IMG/VR virus record: IMGVR_UViG_3300034375_010865
Span: 1-57,517 of that record
Origin: a virus
Taxonomy: Duplodnaviria; Caudoviricetes
Length of the DNA stretch: 57,517 nucleotides
Reading direction: 5' to 3' (one strand)
The notes under the pieces were generated by a model. The model was not told the DNA's origin and ran no database searches. It saw only the letters and a program-made list of their open reading frames with translations. The position numbers and the translations under genes were made by a program. This document shows positions 8,224 through 19,700 of this stretch, one piece after another (position 1 is the first letter of the stretch; every line of letters starts with the position of its first letter).

Positions 8224-9543
8224 CTATCTAATATACATCTCAAAGCGCATAGTTCTATTTACGCCATTATAAGTTGTACAACAACTGATCTGATCTCCAG
8301 CAGACATACTAACGGGAGTAGTATAGACATAACCTCCTACGCCAATACCACCCGCTACATCGTTTGTTCCCGGAGATGTTTCATTGTTCCAAGAGAATCC
8401 CCATCTAGCCCGGGACTGGCCAGTTCCTGTACCGTCATCGATGTTAAATCCATATCTTCTCCAACCTCCCTGCGAACTAAATGGTCCGCCGCTGTGTCCA
8501 TCCCAACTAGTTACAGCAGCATCTTGTAGAAGATAGGTATTGTCCGCTGTATTTGTAAAATGATTTAATAAGGTTGTTGCTTGTCCACTACTATAAAAGC
8601 TGTTTTCATGCCATGTCCATGCACCTAATCCAGTACCCAAAGTTCCCCCGGCTGTTACGTCTGGGAATCTTGCCATAATATCAGTCCCTTGGAAATAATT
8701 ATAGCTATTATATTTGGCATCGCCATCGTTCAGATTTATTGCTGTTGGATTAAGGGTATTGTTAGTTTCCCAGTAAGAGGACGTAAAATTAAATGTGGTG
8801 CCTCTGGTTGCCTTCATAGCCAACATCCAACCACCACCATAGTAACTACTATTCATTATACAATAAATCTGCGTAGGGCCAACAGTAGGAAGATCAATCC
8901 AATAAACTCCATCTGTCGAGCTAGGATAATTAGACAGGATTTGTAATGCACTGGTTGCGGCTTGACTTGAAGACAATCCTGTGGGGGGAGCAGGAGAAGA
9001 AGGAATAACATAAACCGGTTGTGCTCCGTTACTATCAAAGTATCCGTCAAATCCACCTTGTGCTGAATCTGAACCGCCAGGAGAACCTCCCCCTGCTGCA
9101 GCAGAAGCAGTACCAGCAGATCCTGGTGTTCCTTCGCCGAATAGGCCTACCCCACCGCCACCAAGTAACAGTTGATTAGTAGAAGCGCCACCGCCTCCTC
9201 CAGCTCCACCTGTTCCATCGGATCCAGCATCTCCACCTGCACCAGAGTATCCTGCAGCTCCACCACCTCCGGCTCCATTACCAAGAGCACCGCCACCAGT
9301 ACCACCATCTCCGCCAGAGTAAGAACCCCGAGAAGCACTATAGGTAGTATCTAAGGTTGTAACTGACCCACCTGTACCACCATCTCCAAGAGAAGTACCA
9401 CCTGCACCACCAGTAATAGTAATCATAGACGCCGCAGTAGTAGTAGTTTGTTCTACAGAAAGAGCTAGCGCAGCTGCAGCGGTGTAATTTTCATTAAATA
9501 CACCTCCATATGGAAAATTGTCGGAATCGAAGGGGTAGGCCAA
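8224..9543 (-). CDS. Middle fragment of polyglycine domain plus fibrinogen-like (YC..GGGW) domain
   Basis: TTG start; GGGGAAGYSG, GGGGVGLFGEG; C-half DGVYWIDLP...QIYCIMN...GGGWMLAMK. Confidence 0.7.
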   Translation of the reverse strand: MAYPFDSDNFPYGGVFNENYTAAAALALSVEQTTTTAASMITITGGAGGTSLGDGGTGGSVTTLDTTYSASRGSYSGGDGGTGGGALGNGAGGGGAAGYSGAGGDAGSDGTGGAGGGGGASTNQLLLGGGGVGLFGEGTPGSAGTASAAAGGGSPGGSDSAQGGFDGYFDSNGAQPVYVIPSSPAPPTGLSSSQAATSALQILSNYPSSTDGVYWIDLPTVGPTQIYCIMNSSYYGGGWMLAMKATRGTTFNFTSSYWETNNTLNPTAINLNDGDAKYNSYNYFQGTDIMARFPDVTAGGTLGTGLGAWTWHENSFYSSGQATTLLNHFTNTADNTYLLQDAAVTSWDGHSGGPFSSQGGWRRYGFNIDDGTGTGQSRARWGFSWNNETSPGTNDVAGGIGVGGYVYTTPVSMSAGDQISCCTTYNGVNRTMRFEMYIR

Positions 9544-9546
9544 CTT

Positions 9547-10314
9547 TTATTTCTCCAAATTAATTTTTTTTTCTACAGTATGTTCACGATACCATGAAAA
9601 GTTACCAGCAACAGCATCTTCATCTTTATTTTCTTCTATCCATTCTTGAACAGTTGCGCCTCTGACTTGAATCTTTCCGTAGGCTTCAGTACGTTTAAAC
9701 GGAATTACTTGAATAATTGGTTCGCCTCTTTTAATGAAAAACTCAAACTCTGATCTATTATCTGGGTTTAAAATCCTAAATGGAAAATTAACGATATTAT
9801 GATAATTATCTGTGTCCACTACTCCGGTAAAACATTCAAAATATTTATTACCGCTATTGATAGGAGATACAAATAAACATGAGTATCCTTTTCTAGTATT
9901 AATTTTCCATGGGTTAATAAACTTCAATACTGGTCCCCTAAAAGGACCTGTTCCCATCTGTCTTTCATCATGTGTCGATAACAATTCATGAGTTTTTCCT
10001 GCCAAATTAATTTGACTTCTTGTTTCTTTAATAAAGCTTTTTCCATAATCACCAACCTTAATATACATATCTGCAGGTGCAGGAATAGTATAACCAATCT
10101 TCATAGCATCAAGAAAAGGAACACACTTTCTAACAGTATCCAAGTGTCTTTCTAAAGCCATTGGATGAACACCCTCAGAAGTCTGTTCCTTCATTTTTTT
10201 AATCCAATCAGGCAAAAACTTTCTAGCATTATCTGGTTTTGCAACATAAGTATAAGCAGGATCAATCGATACAAATTCAATCAGAGGTTTTTGTTGTTTA
10301 AACAAATTCAACAT
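9547..10314 (-). CDS. DUF6065-like protein
   Basis: TVRKCVPFLDAM..GY, LKFINPW.I.T..GYSCLF..P, GVVDTD, IKRGEPIIQVIPFKR. Confidence 0.6.
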   Translation of the reverse strand: MLNLFKQQKPLIEFVSIDPAYTYVAKPDNARKFLPDWIKKMKEQTSEGVHPMALERHLDTVRKCVPFLDAMKIGYTIPAPADMYIKVGDYGKSFIKETRSQINLAGKTHELLSTHDERQMGTGPFRGPVLKFINPWKINTRKGYSCLFVSPINSGNKYFECFTGVVDTDNYHNIVNFPFRILNPDNRSEFEFFIKRGEPIIQVIPFKRTEAYGKIQVRGATVQEWIEENKDEDAVAGNFSWYREHTVEKKINLEK

Positions 10315-10343
10315 TATAATTCCTAATCATATATTCAGTTAAA

Positions 10344-13043
10344 TTATTTTTTAATCAAGATTGCGGCTTGTGTACAGTTCATTGGGAGAACCCAGTGAGC
10401 AACAGAATTCGACGGATTAACGGCATAGAATCCGTCATCATCCAGTTGAATAGAAACCTGGTCAAGATAGTTATACTTATGTGGTGAGTAAGGACCGAAA
10501 ATCTTCAACCCATATGTTCTGCCTAACATGGCAAAAGCAGATTGTTTCTTACTCGTTCCTCCTGGGTTACCAAACTCTCCATAAAAGTGATGATTAGTAG
10601 ACTGTGCATAAACATTTTGATTATTTACAAAAGTATACCCGGATCCGGCATCTTCGATATTCGCGGCCGGCGCTTCATGTTGATGGAGACCACCACCGTG
10701 AAGTCGCATTGTTCCAACAGAAATAATAGGCTCATATACAGAATATTGATTTAAATTTTCCGGTGTAGGATGGAATTCCTGCCAAGCTTCTCTATTAGCA
10801 TCTGCAGTGTCAATGCCATTTCCACTAGAAGAATCAATATATGCAGATACCATTGGAATACTTGCACCATATGTTGCCACGCGACCCGGAGCTCCAGGAT
10901 CTCCTGGAGTATGTTCAGACAGGGATCCAAGCACTGCCGCATCATCATCGCCGAATAATCCGTGTCTAGATCCAAAGAATAGTTCGTTAAGAGAGAAACA
11001 AGTATGTTTGTTTTGGTGTCCTACATATCCCAACCAACCCATATGCAATCTGGTGGCAGAAAGATATTCTCTACCTGAAGCCGGAGTGATATAACCATCG
11101 TATGTTTGAACCGATTCAGATCTATTGATAGTACCTCTGAGTGTAGATGATGTTCTAGTTGGATACTCAGTCAGGGCAAATTGCGCTCCATCGGCTCCGA
11201 GCCACATGCTTTCCCTACCGTGGACAGCTCCATGAGCTACAACATTAGATCCATTGGTTGCTGTGGTTAAATCCCAGTCTTGATAGGTTAGGGATCCGTA
11301 TTTTGCATTTTTATTTCCAGTTGCAGTTTCACCTACACCCAGGTTTTTATCTCTTTGATTAGATAATGAAGAGTTTTGAAGCAAACCAACCGTCTGAGCA
11401 TTTGTAAAGTCATCTCCCCAAACAGTATCATTTACATTAAAATATCTATTGACAAATCCCATTAGGATATTACCACCCGCCTCAGCAGTGACTGCATTTG
11501 CGCGGTTATTACCATTAGCAGTATCTTGATTAGTAGTTTTTTCAGCAGTTGAATTGTCATCGCGGTCTGTAAAATAATTGCCGCCATATCCAATGTTTGA
11601 ACCTGCCAATACATGATTCCTGGTTGGGCCCGTTCTTTGTTCACCGACTGCACCATTAGTATTAGCATTGACAGCATTTCCATCGACATAGGTTCCAAAA
11701 TATCTATGGCTATTATAGACATAGTTAGCCGGGGCCACGGCGGGTTGATATCTAACATTACCGCTAGTTTCGGTAGATGTTTTGGAGTTAGCTATGCCGA
11801 CGGTATTAGAGCTGTTATTGTTAAGACTAGTGTCATTATTTATGATAGGATCAACAGCATAAAAACTATTGGGAGTGGCCATTCCGTTATTCATTAACAA
11901 GCTGTGGAGATTAGTTCTAAATCCATTATGAATATACTCACCATCAGGAGCAGCTTCACCATATTCTTTCTTATACTCAGATGCAAATAGTGTAGTATTA
12001 TATTCAGATACTTTTTCAGGATCATCATCCTGGTGTTGAGTTGTATGCATAATAAGATATCTGGCATCGGCATTAGAGTCTACACCACGATATGTATCAG
12101 TACCATGAGCAGAGTCCACGTTAGCTGCGCTAGAGGCCTGATCACCAAACATCCATAGTGTAGAGTTTCCATCAATCAAAAACTTAAGTTCATTATACAT
12201 GTTTTTGACGGAAGTATCTTTATGACCAAACCCAGTCTGAGCATATCTATCATAGTAAATATCATACAACGTAGAGTTACCTCTAGTTCCATCTTTTCTG
12301 ATAATATTTCCTAGATTTCCAAGAGCGTTGTTAAATGAATTAGTATTATTATTATTGTACATGCGAGTAAAAACAGAAGTGGCAGTGTTACCAGAACCTG
12401 GATTATTTCCAAATCTACCAGCATTCCAGTACCAAGACTGCGCCTCGTAGGCCAATGAACCGTCCATTTTACCAAAACCATCAGCTTCAGCCATCGAACT
12501 ACCTGCAGCGATTGCAGAGTCCTTAGTCCATCCGCCCTGAGTTGTACTACCAGCCAACATGCTAGTCAACAATGAAGCCGGCCAGTCACCAAACATTTCA
12601 TATCTCAGAACCAGCGTTTTATTAGAACTTAAATATCTATTACTTCTAGCTTCATCATTATACTCATTATTTTCTAAATCTAGTGCTTCGTCTCTTTCAA
12701 ACAACTTAAGCTTTAAGTATTTGTAGTGGCCGGTAGTAGCATGGTCATAACATTTAGCTCTTAAGAAGCCAAAGGCAGCACTATCATCACCACCATGCAC
12801 AATATCTCCAGCGGAATCTGCACCATCAAATCTTTCCCAACCTAAATGATTACTGATTGGATTTGATGCAGTTTCATCAATTTCTGTAGAAATTGCTCGT
12901 TGAATAACATGCATTAGATCTTTTTTATCTTGCAAAGTTGCAGTACCTCTGACAATGCCGCTTGTTGCATCAGTGGTATCAACTTTAAAGTTAAGATACT
13001 TTGCATTATCACTAAGATTGAAAGTGGAAGATAAAACTGTCAT
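10344..13043 (-). CDS. Large hypothetical virion-associated protein (899 aa)
   Basis: Long ORF within late structural operon; N/G/T-rich; no family recognised. Confidence 0.6.
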   Translation of the reverse strand: MTVLSSTFNLSDNAKYLNFKVDTTDATSGIVRGTATLQDKKDLMHVIQRAISTEIDETASNPISNHLGWERFDGADSAGDIVHGGDDSAAFGFLRAKCYDHATTGHYKYLKLKLFERDEALDLENNEYNDEARSNRYLSSNKTLVLRYEMFGDWPASLLTSMLAGSTTQGGWTKDSAIAAGSSMAEADGFGKMDGSLAYEAQSWYWNAGRFGNNPGSGNTATSVFTRMYNNNNTNSFNNALGNLGNIIRKDGTRGNSTLYDIYYDRYAQTGFGHKDTSVKNMYNELKFLIDGNSTLWMFGDQASSAANVDSAHGTDTYRGVDSNADARYLIMHTTQHQDDDPEKVSEYNTTLFASEYKKEYGEAAPDGEYIHNGFRTNLHSLLMNNGMATPNSFYAVDPIINNDTSLNNNSSNTVGIANSKTSTETSGNVRYQPAVAPANYVYNSHRYFGTYVDGNAVNANTNGAVGEQRTGPTRNHVLAGSNIGYGGNYFTDRDDNSTAEKTTNQDTANGNNRANAVTAEAGGNILMGFVNRYFNVNDTVWGDDFTNAQTVGLLQNSSLSNQRDKNLGVGETATGNKNAKYGSLTYQDWDLTTATNGSNVVAHGAVHGRESMWLGADGAQFALTEYPTRTSSTLRGTINRSESVQTYDGYITPASGREYLSATRLHMGWLGYVGHQNKHTCFSLNELFFGSRHGLFGDDDAAVLGSLSEHTPGDPGAPGRVATYGASIPMVSAYIDSSSGNGIDTADANREAWQEFHPTPENLNQYSVYEPIISVGTMRLHGGGLHQHEAPAANIEDAGSGYTFVNNQNVYAQSTNHHFYGEFGNPGGTSKKQSAFAMLGRTYGLKIFGPYSPHKYNYLDQVSIQLDDDGFYAVNPSNSVAHWVLPMNCTQAAILIKK

Positions 13044-13057
13044 TATTTCTAACCTTT

Positions 13058-13651
13058 TTAATTTACGGTGTAGTTAACTTCTACTGTTAAATGGCTGTGC
13101 GTTGTACTACTATTAATAGCAACGATATCGAGTCTAACGTTATCGGTAGCACCAATCACTGTTTCTGTTAAAGATTGAGTTCCACCTAAAGACGTTTGAC
13201 CAGAGGATATTGTAAAACTCGAACCAATGTCCGTGGTTCCATTCTTAACAAGCTTGAACTCAATATCTGCATCTCCAGCTTCAGCCAGAGTTGCGTCGAT
13301 ACTTTTTAAAGTGATTGCTGATTGTGGGGTATAGGTAAGAGATCCCGTTCCGGCGGTAAAAGTAGAAAGCTGAACAATAGCAAATGCGTCTAATGGATTA
13401 AGGACTGGAATAAAAGACGCGCCATCCCAGACTTCCAATCGGCTTTCTGTTAAATCAAAGAAAAGCTCACCTGAGTCAGCACCAGCAGAAACACTAGGAG
13501 CGCCACCAGAGGAATCAATGGATGCTCTGAGTCTAGTTAAACCAGAACCAATACCAGTGATAATTCCCGATACGTTTAAATCAGAATCAAATGTAGCATC
13601 TTTTCCGACTTGTAGGCCATTTTTGACCTTAAAGTCCTTATCATTCGCCAA
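13058..13651 (-). CDS. Tail fibre-associated structural protein
   Basis: MANDKDFKVKNGL N-terminus typical of fibre-associated proteins; GELFFD...LEVWDG; TTG start. Confidence 0.6.
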   Translation of the reverse strand: MANDKDFKVKNGLQVGKDATFDSDLNVSGIITGIGSGLTRLRASIDSSGGAPSVSAGADSGELFFDLTESRLEVWDGASFIPVLNPLDAFAIVQLSTFTAGTGSLTYTPQSAITLKSIDATLAEAGDADIEFKLVKNGTTDIGSSFTISSGQTSLGGTQSLTETVIGATDNVRLDIVAINSSTTHSHLTVEVNYTVN

Positions 13652-13689
13652 GGTTCACTCTCCCCAATAGGCTACCTAAATTATATTTT

Positions 13690-13697
13690 TATTTATA
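13690..13697 (-). promoter_or_regulatory. T4-type late promoter TATAAATA
   Basis: tatttata on + strand in intergenic gap upstream of 13651. Confidence 0.75.
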
Positions 13698-13702
13698 CAA
13701 AA

Positions 13703-16700
13703 TCAATCCGTTAACAACATTTTCATAACCTTGAATATAGTAGGATTAGTCGAAGCTGGTGTAGCTAACAATCGGACATCCCCACCATTAATATCAACGT
13801 CATATGTGGCCAGCGTGGATCCTGTGGCTACCTGGCCATATTCTGTGGCAACTGCAGTACTACCATCGTGTGTAATAAGTAGCTCGCTGATATATCTGTT
13901 ATTTCCATCTTTTGCGGTAACAACAACCTTAGCACCTGAATACGTAGTGGCAGAGAATGTTGCAATTGCAGTTTGGCTAATCGATGTAGTTCTATCAGAG
14001 TCACCGCCAATATTAACTTTAGAATCAATGTCAATGTTATTTGCAAAGACTCTAGGTATGATTGGTTCAACAAAAGTCGCAACATCAGTTACAAGTCTAA
14101 AGTCACCGGTTAGAGGATTAAAGTTAATACTGTCAACCGTATCACCCAAGGATGCCTGTGCACCTACCAATCCGATACTATCTACAAAGCCAGAAGCATC
14201 AACTGTAATAACAGGAATCTTGGTAGATGTACCATATGTACCTGGAGAAGTTGATGCGGTACGTCTTGTAATTCTATTAGCAGAAAGACTGTCATCAATG
14301 AATACGTCACCTGCTACGTCAAGTGTAGCTTGAGGAGATGTTTCTCTAATACCGATTCTTTTTGCACTTCCATCAATAAATAACTGATCACTATCAAAAA
14401 GATTAATTACAAAATCTTTACTTGTAGAAGCGTCATTTAGATTTCTATCATTAATAGTAATTTTTCTATCAATATAACCAAATTTTGCTCTGGAATTAAA
14501 AATCAAATAGGCACTATCATCTAGACCGCCACCATTTCCGCTAACTATTATACCTCCAGATGCAGCGTCAGTAACTTGCAAAGTTCCGTTTGCAGTAACT
14601 GCGCCAACTGTGATATTATTAGTAGTCGTATTACCTTTAGTCGTAACAAAATCTAATGTATAAGCAGCTTCAGCAGAATCGATTTGTTGTTCAACCAATG
14701 CAGAGTCATGTAAAGTAAGAGCTGCAATCTGTGCGTCAACATACGACTTACTTGTTAGTGCACTATCAATAGAAGGAGTTAGTGTCGAGACTATAGCTTC
14801 ATCACTAATTTTAAGATTCCCGTTAATATCAACACTACTACTACTTGTAGTAAGTCTATCACTATTAGCAAATCTTAATATTGTAGATCCGCCTGGATTA
14901 ACATACATTGATTGTTGATTGTTAGCGGCATTGAAAACTTGGAATGAGCCGGCCGTGCCCATTCTTATATTTTTCTGAGATATAAAATTAGAAGCAAAAG
15001 CAGCTGAATCATGATAAATTTCGAGGCCTTCGTCTCCACCCAATTTAATCTTTGAGCGATCCGGCATAATAAGATCATCAGAATCACTGAAAGTAATGTC
15101 GCCATTAGTTGTGATACCAGCAACAGTAATAGTATTGGTTGTACTATTACCTCTATCTGTTACAACCTGTAGAGTAGAAGCACTTACACTATTGTCTACA
15201 TAAAATTTACTAGCTAAAGCGCTATCGGTAGACGGTGTTAATGTAGAGACTAAAGCTTCACCAGTTACGTCAATAGTTTTACTAAATTCCCACTTATCGC
15301 CTGCAGTACGGTATGTAATTTTAGGATTATCAGAATAAGATCCTACTGTAATCCCAGCACCATCTGCTTGAGAACTACTTGTAGCAGAGTCGGCAATAAT
15401 AATATTTTTATCTCTGATAGTAAGATCTACAGAGTTAATCGTAGTAGTTGTACCGTTGACCTGAAGATCGCCAAGAATAACAACTGTACCTGTACTATCA
15501 TTTAACGGCGCAGGATCAAGAATAAGATCGCCAGAACTAGTACCTACAGTATTATCAAGAATCCTGACATTATCCACGTCAATCTGAGTAAGACCTGCAA
15601 GCGTAGTAGTAGATCCACCCAGAACGATTGATGTAGTACCAATGGTTGAGGAATCGAATTCTAACTTGGCATTAGTGATACCACCATCTTTTACTCTGAC
15701 TGCGCCAGAGCCATCAACAGCAGATAATTCAATAGTAGAACCATCAACAGTAACTTCAATCTCATTTGAATTAGCAGTGATACCATCACCACCGACAACT
15801 GTGAAGGCACCTGTTCCACTGTCGTAAGTTAATCCATCCCCGCCGCTAAACATAGAACGAACATTAGCAGAGTCAATATCAATTGTGCGACTAGTAGTAA
15901 TATCACCACCACCAGTTAAACCTTTACCTGCATTGATATTAACGTTAGCGTGATTAATATGTTCATTAGCAACAAAACCAGAGGTGTTATCGTGATTAAT
16001 CGCTTTACTATAGTAAGTGGCGAGTTCAGATGAGTCAATATCAATATCATCAGGATTAACTCTAATGCCAACACCCGCTCCTACAGCCAGCGTGCGACTC
16101 GCAGTTATATCACCGCCGCCTGCAAGACCATCTCCAGCATCAATATCTACAGTAGAATGATCGATATGCTCGTTTGCTACAAAATTACTAAGAGCATCGT
16201 GATCAATTTCGGCATCGTTTGTGGATACTATGCCATTAGCTGAGTCATATGTAATTCCCGTACCTTCAACGATAGCGGCTCTAGCTAAAGGTTGAATAAA
16301 GTCAGAGTCAACTCTAACATCAATTGCAGAATCTACTCTCGCTGTAGTATAGTAGAGATTGGACGCTTCATTGACATCATCTGTCGTAAGCTGTGGGATT
16401 CTGGCGGAATCAAAAATTCCTGATGTAATATCAGCAGCCGCCAAAACAGGAATTACCGATGAGTCAAGGACTCCAGAAATATTGTCAGCTGTTAAAGCAG
16501 GGATTCTATCAGAATCAAATACACCAGAAGTGATATCAGAAGCAGACAGCGGCGGGATTAAATCAGAGTCAAAACTACTATCGATTAAAGAGTTAATATA
16601 ACCAAGTGTAACTTTATCGTCAATTGCAGAATCTACACGAGCAGTAGTATAATAAAGATTAGATCCTTCATTGACGTCATCTGTACTCAATTGTGGAATT

Positions 16701-19700
16701 CTAGCAGAATCAAGTACACCAGAAGTAATATCATCAGCAGCTAGAGGTGGAATTCTTGCTGAGTCAAAAATTCCAGATGTAATATCTACGGTAGATAATG
16801 GTGGAATTAAGTCAGAGTCAAAGCTACTGTCAATTAAAGAGTTAATATAACCGAGTGTAACTTTATCGTCGATTGCGGAATCTACTCTTGATGTGGTATA
16901 ATAAAGATTAGATCCTTCATTGACGCCATCTGTACTCAATTGTGGAATTCTAGCGGAATCAAAGATTCCGGAGGTAATATCAGCAGCAGCTAGAGATGGA
17001 ATTCTAGCAGAATCAAAGATTCCAGATGTGATATCTACAGCAGCCAGAGGTGGAATTAAATCAGAATCAAAATCACCGCCGGTAAAATCATTAATATAGT
17101 TAAGAGTAACAGTGTCGTTAATCTGACCAACAACTGCAGCAGAGTCATGCGTATCAAACGTGTCAATAAATTCTTGATTTATTTTACTTTGTATATGATC
17201 AGAGTCAACTGCAGAGTCCAAAGAAATAGTAACAGCCTGATTAGAAGCATTACCAATGAAGATTCGGTTTTCATTCAGATTTGGTGTAGCTGCGGTTCTA
17301 CCTGCACCAACGATCTTGATAGACCCGGCCGATGAATGTACTCTCGATACCTGACCAATATTCTGAATAAGAGATGATTCACCTGTAGGCTTAACATTAG
17401 TAAATGCTCCAGGTGTAGTCGAGACATAAAGAGTATCACCAACAGAATACGTCCCACTTGGAATGTTAAGATTGCCTAAAGTACCAAAAGTATAGACAAT
17501 AACTTCGGCATTATTATTGGCATTTTCTTTAACAACACCAAATGCTGGCATGGCTGCCGCATTATCAGCATCTGCCCGGTCTACGGTTGGTATATTACCG
17601 CTAATACCATTAATGTAAACAACTTCACCCTTGTTAAGAGTCGATCCAGAAGCATTTTTTGCTATAAACTCAACTGCTCCTTCCAGATCACCAATAAATC
17701 TAGGTGCAGTAATATTTCCGGTTGCAGAAATAGAATCCGCACTAACTGTTCCGGAGAATGTATCTGCAAATATAGTAGCAGCGTTAAAATCTGCTAATAC
17801 AAAAGAAGGATCACTCCTATCAATAATATTTGATCTAGGAGAAGAGTCTAAGGCAGAGTCTTGGTATTGAGCAAAGACGTAGTACTTATCGTCTGTAGCG
17901 TCTCTAAATAGACCTGTATGCTGTCTACCGCCTAATGCAGCATCAAAATAATGACCAACAAAACCAATATCAACTTCATCAGAAGACTCATTGGAATCTG
18001 CAAGGTGGATTAGTGGATCTCGAATCGATAGAGTAGATGCGTTAACTGTTGTTGTCGTACCTTGAACAGTAAAATCACCTAGGATTTCCATGTTACCGCC
18101 AACATTCAGCGCTCCACCAATACCAACACCACCCGTGACGACTAATGCGCCAGTTGTAGTATCTGTAGAAGCAGTAGAATTATTGACAGTTAACGTAGAT
18201 CCATCGTATGTTAGGTTAGCATCGTCTTCTAACTCTCCGTCCGTGCCGGCAACTACAAGTCTATCATTAGTTAGATCTTCAACATTTGCACTTGCTAATG
18301 TAGTTTGGCCGTCTACATCTAAGGTACCGACAATCTGAGTGTTACCTGTCGATTGTTGAACTGTAAAGTTGCTTGCACCAACGTTTAATTCTGTACCGTT
18401 AAAGGTCAGATTAGCATCATCTTCAAGTTCACCCGATGCACCAGCAATGACAATTCTATTGTCTGTTAAATCAGTGACACTAGCACTCGCCAATGTAGCA
18501 GTGCCCGAAACATCCAATTTTGTAATATCGGCAGAGTCAATTGTAAGGTTAGAGGAGCTATCACCCAAAGTAATAGTTGTATCACCAAGGGTAATAGTAG
18601 CATCTTGTAACTTGTCGGTGGTAATACCACCTGCTAATTGATCATTACTAACACCACCGGTCTTAATCTCAACAAAACCAGATGTAACACTAAAATCATC
18701 AGAGTCAAAGCTGGCAACACCTTTATTAGTAACTGTTGCCAGTTCACCTGCGATTGTAATAGTTCTGCCGGAAGCAGCAGTAGTAATTCCTTCACCGCCT
18801 GCAAGCTCTAAAGAAGAGTCTGCAAGATTTACAGATCCTGTTGTTGGACCATCAGCTGCGGTGTTTAAAGTAGTACTAACGGTAATTCCTGAAACGCCTA
18901 CGCTATCAATAAAACCAGAAGAATCAACAGTAATAACAGGAATTTGTGTAGTTGATCCATAAGTCCCAGCTGTTACTCCAGCTGGAGAAGTTCTAGCAAG
19001 ATTAGTGAATGTAGCAGAGTCTGCGTTGTAATGTCCGATGGCAGTTCCGTCAATAAATCCGCCGTCAACATTAACATTTCCAGAAGTAAGGTTATTGACA
19101 GTAATAGTATCAATTGTACCGCCTTCTACCTTATCGCCAGAGATTTGATCACTAGCAAGAGTCAGTGTTCCAGCAGAAACATCTAAAGTCTTACCTATCC
19201 CGACCGTGATATCTGAACTATCAATAGTGACGTTGTTAATAGTCCCGCCGTCAATATCTACGGTTGTTACTGTACCACCATCTGAAACTGTAGCACCACT
19301 AAAGTCGACTGTTCCAGATGAAGTAATATTTGTAAATGTTGCAGAGTCACCAGTAATACCAAAAATTCTCAAATCAGAATCTAACTTTAAAGGAGATCCT
19401 GCTAATCCGTCTCCTTCAAAGTTAGCATCTGTTGTTATAGCTGATGTAATATTAGAAATAGCTGAGTCAAGATTATCTAATACATCTGCAAGAGTAGTAC
19501 CTGCTGCATTAGCTAATCCAGTTGGATCAATAGTAAAGGTTGAAGCATCAGCACTAACACTGTCAGCACTTACTACAAACCCAGCATTAAACTTTAAAAA
19601 TAAACGAGTACCATCGGTTAAAGAAGCAAGAACATAGCGATCAGAGTCCGGTGCACCGAGATTTGGTTCAGCATTGTCTAAACTAATAAACGCAGAGCGT

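Noticed and set aside
3657-9543. Split inteins or introns joining the glycine-rich fragments
   Set aside because: No Cys/Ser-start or His-Asn intein blocks and no non-coding space for intron structure
16320-17110. Repeats as possible DGR template/variable pair or CRISPR array
   Set aside because: In-frame coding repeats; differences are not adenine-specific; no reverse transcriptase, cas gene or spacer structure in the window
13731-19637. Many plus-strand ORFs (up to 200 aa) opposite the fibre gene, and similar antisense ORFs throughout, e.g. 50928-51686 and 56706-57326
   Set aside because: Shadow frames of biased-codon genes; no RBS or recognisable motifs, and they overlap well-supported genes
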